A stretch of 41,426 bases of DNA from Octopus bimaculoides. Lineage: Eukaryota. Under the pieces are notes generated by a model, which saw only the letters and a program-made list of their open reading frames with translations, had not been told where the DNA came from and ran no database searches. This document shows, in pieces, positions 38,690-41,426 of the stretch. The stretch covers positions 5,695,816 through 5,737,241 of the forward strand of contig NC_068999.1 in NCBI RefSeq assembly GCF_001194135.2, written 5' to 3'. Both the position numbers and the translations under genes were made by a program. How positions within the stretch are numbered: the first letter of the stretch is position 1; every line of letters begins with the position of its first letter.

Positions 38690-39119
38690 GTAAGTGGTAG
38701 TTTCGTACATAGAAAGTATTCGTTTCGTAGTTTTTTGCAAATGTTTGATATATTTTACGAGAAAGAAAGATTGAATGATAAGCTTTATGTAGTGTAGGTT
38801 GTGTTTGTGTTGAGATTATAAACTGGAAGATCGTGTAGATACAAGCTGAAGAGTGAAGGAGACGTAAACGAAAGCTAAGGTATTGGTTGAATGTACTTGG
38901 TTGGGAAACTTGCCAGAGCACAGTACGTTGGAGTGTTCTGAGAAAACTTTTGATTCAACAAATAAAGAAAGAATATGACTTATAAGAACGGGAAACATGA
39001 GGGCTGCAGGGTCAGTTTCATACCAAATTGTACGAAGTTTACAGTTCTTAGAAGATTGTGTTTAAAAGCTTGAGCGAATAAAAAGTTTTTGCTAGTGTCT
39101 CTCTCTCTCTCTCACGCTT

Positions 39120-39355
39120 AGGCGGCGAGCTGGCAGAAACGTTAGCACGCCGGGCGAAACGCTTAGCGGTATTTCGTCTGCCGTTACGTTCTGAGTTCAA
39201 ATTCTGCCGAGGTCGACTTTACTTTTCATCCTTTCGGGGTCGATAAATTAAGTACCAGTTACGCACTGGAGTCGATGTAATCGACTTAATCCCTTTGTCT
39301 GTCCTTGTTTGTCCCCTCTGTGTGTAGCCCCTTGTGGGCAATAAAGAAATAAGAA
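39120..39355 (+). mobile_element. SINE family 2, full length, tail type A
   Basis: ggcggcgagctggcagaaacgttagc...gagttcaaattc...ctttcggggtcgataaattaagtaccag...gtgggcaataaagaaataaga. Confidence 0.92.
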
Positions 39356-39472
39356 ATGACAATGAGAGCAAATTAAAGAAATACGGTGTCAGAAATAGAA
39401 TATTAATTAATACACCTCCTCACTTACATACATACGCTTGTGCGCACTCCTGGCTGTATGTACTCTCCGGAA

Positions 39473-39551
<79 letters not shown>

Positions 39552-39876
39552 CGTGTGTGTGTGTGTATATACATGTGTGCGTGCATATATACATATATGT
39601 GTCCGTCTGTACATATATATATACATTTATATATGTGTGTGTGTGTATAGACACATATGTATGTATATGATTTTATCAATATGTTCAGAAAGACGTCTGC
39701 CATTTATGATAAAGAATTCAAAGTATTTAGTTGTAATGCTTCTCGTTTATGAAAATCAATATATTTTGGACGAAGACACCTGGTACACACTCGAAAGTGG
39801 AATTTGCTACTGCTTAAAAGTACACATAGGCCTCGAATGATGTCACAGAATAGATGTATACACACATACACACACT

Positions 39877-39908
<32 letters not shown>

Positions 39909-39938
39909 GATACGTATATGTATATATACATATGTACA

Positions 39939-40004
<66 letters not shown>

Positions 40005-40018
40005 TTGTACTAAAAAAA

Positions 40019-40600
40019 GAGATTTTTAAGCAAGATTGCAAATCATAGTCGGATGAACATAAAGTGTGATTGTTGTTGCAAAAATTACCTCCGTTAGAGC
40101 ATGAACATTACAGTAATTTCTTATTGCTCACCCAAAAAAAAAAAAAGCAATGAAATTTGAGTTAAAGAAACAATAGAATTACCGTCTAACATATTCGGTG
40201 ATAAAACCCCTCTATTTAACACTCGAATGGAGTGTTGTATTATAACGAAAGAAGAGAAAGAGGACTTTATCACATACGCAGGAACAGTCAACAGGATTTG
40301 TGAAAGTTTTAAACTTAAAGAACTTACAACTATTCAAGTGTCTTATTTTCGTACAAGGCCTTACAGCGAAGATACAGAAATTTGGGCAAGAATTCTTTCT
40401 AAATTGGAACAAGCGAAACAAGATCTAACCTTACAGTCCGTGGCAAAAGAATACCAAAGGATGGTAAACTTGAAACAAGATGTAGAAAAAATTTTTAAAA
40501 AAGCATTCTTCAAACATACAGATATGCTGACCGGAAAGTACAACCAAAAAAGAGCTCCATGTCCTAATCAATGTTATGGATGTTGGGGCAAAGAATTGAT
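40019..40600 (+). mobile_element. Decayed Ty3/Gypsy (K02A2.6-like) gag remnant
   Basis: [32 protein letters not shown]../..KETIELPSNIFGDKTPLFNTRMECCIITKEEKEDFITYAGTVNRICESFKLKELT..EIWARILSKLEQ..LTLQSVAKEYQRMVNLKQD..PNQCYGC; in-frame stops upstream of ORF 40227. Confidence 0.75.
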
Positions 40601-40776
40601 CAGAAGAGTTCACACTGCAGAACAAAATTTCTGTATACCTACTGGGGGAGTTGCTCCAATCCTATAAAATATTACCAAAGAGGAAATAGATTGACAAGTT
40701 TATTTTTTGAACCTGTGGAAGGAATGCTAGATGCCGAAATATCGTTCACTTGATAACAATGGCACTCTTCTTTTTT

Positions 40777-40827
<51 letters not shown>

Positions 40828-40828
40828 A

Positions 40829-40877
<49 letters not shown>

Positions 40878-41045
40878 GCTACTACTACTACTATTATTAT
40901 TATTGTTATTATTTCACTTAGTGTATAGTATATAGTCATCAATGTCATGGGCTCTTGTGCCGAATGCAGAAATCATCATGATGATGATGATCATCATCAT
41001 CATCATGATCATCATCATCATCATCACCTCCACCGCCACCGCCAT
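40777..41045. repeat. (CTA)n/(ATT)n and (CAT)n tracts
   Basis: Direct reading. Confidence 0.95.
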
Positions 41046-41426
41046 CGTTATATTATTGCTATTAATCCCAGCCCGCCACCAGCTTTCAACTTTGATCCGG
41101 TGTTAACGTTTCTCAGCTAATGTCTTGATTAATTAACATATTCTATCTCACCGTTCTACTCAGAGTGCTGACACTTAATTAACTACCTACACAAAAACAC
41201 CCCCCCCACCACACAACACATATAATACGCATACAAAACATGTTCGATCACACCTTAATCATTGACGGGGATGGTGATTGATTTACGGTAGGTGATAATT
41301 CTCAGTCGACATCTTGAAGACTTTTACTTTTCAAAGGTCAAATTCTCCCTTGACAATTGTTTCTTAATTAAAAATATAAGAAGTAATTCATTAACAATTA
41401 ATTATATAAAAAATAAAGAATGATAT

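Noticed and set aside
39687-39840. Phase-1 continuation of the 38485 exon
   Set aside because: Weak acceptor between TA/CA tracts, and the reading has no A-chain cysteine pattern
40227-40667. 146-aa ORF as a functional or domesticated gene
   Set aside because: Gag homology extends upstream through stops and frameshifts and breaks off after the first Zn-knuckle cysteines, which indicates decay

Overview
Eukaryotic, very AT- and microsatellite-rich, gapped scaffold (13 N-runs, mostly flanked by (TA)n/(CA)n). The tRNA-derived SINE families and repeat profile look like Octopus (coleoid cephalopod); this is recognition from memory, not a search result. Almost all ORFs in the track are microsatellite or gap artefacts. 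Supported content: (1) about 20 copies or fragments of three tRNA-derived SINE families, two with 18-19 bp target-site duplications and one tail-to-tail inverted pair; (2) decayed retroelements: three different R4/Dong-like RLE C-termini plus an RT piece, a CR1/L2-like LINE 3' end, and Ty3/Gypsy gag remnants; (3) a short Penelope-type insertion with a degenerate minimal hammerhead ribozyme, an inverted 3' end and a 12-bp flanking direct repeat; (4) one convincing host-gene exon at 38485-38689 (+), encoding signal peptide + C-x11-C + RSKR and ending in a phase-1 intron, which is the architecture of an insulin/relaxin-family B-chain exon. No matching A-chain exon was found in the window. No rRNA, true tRNA or CRISPR features are present.
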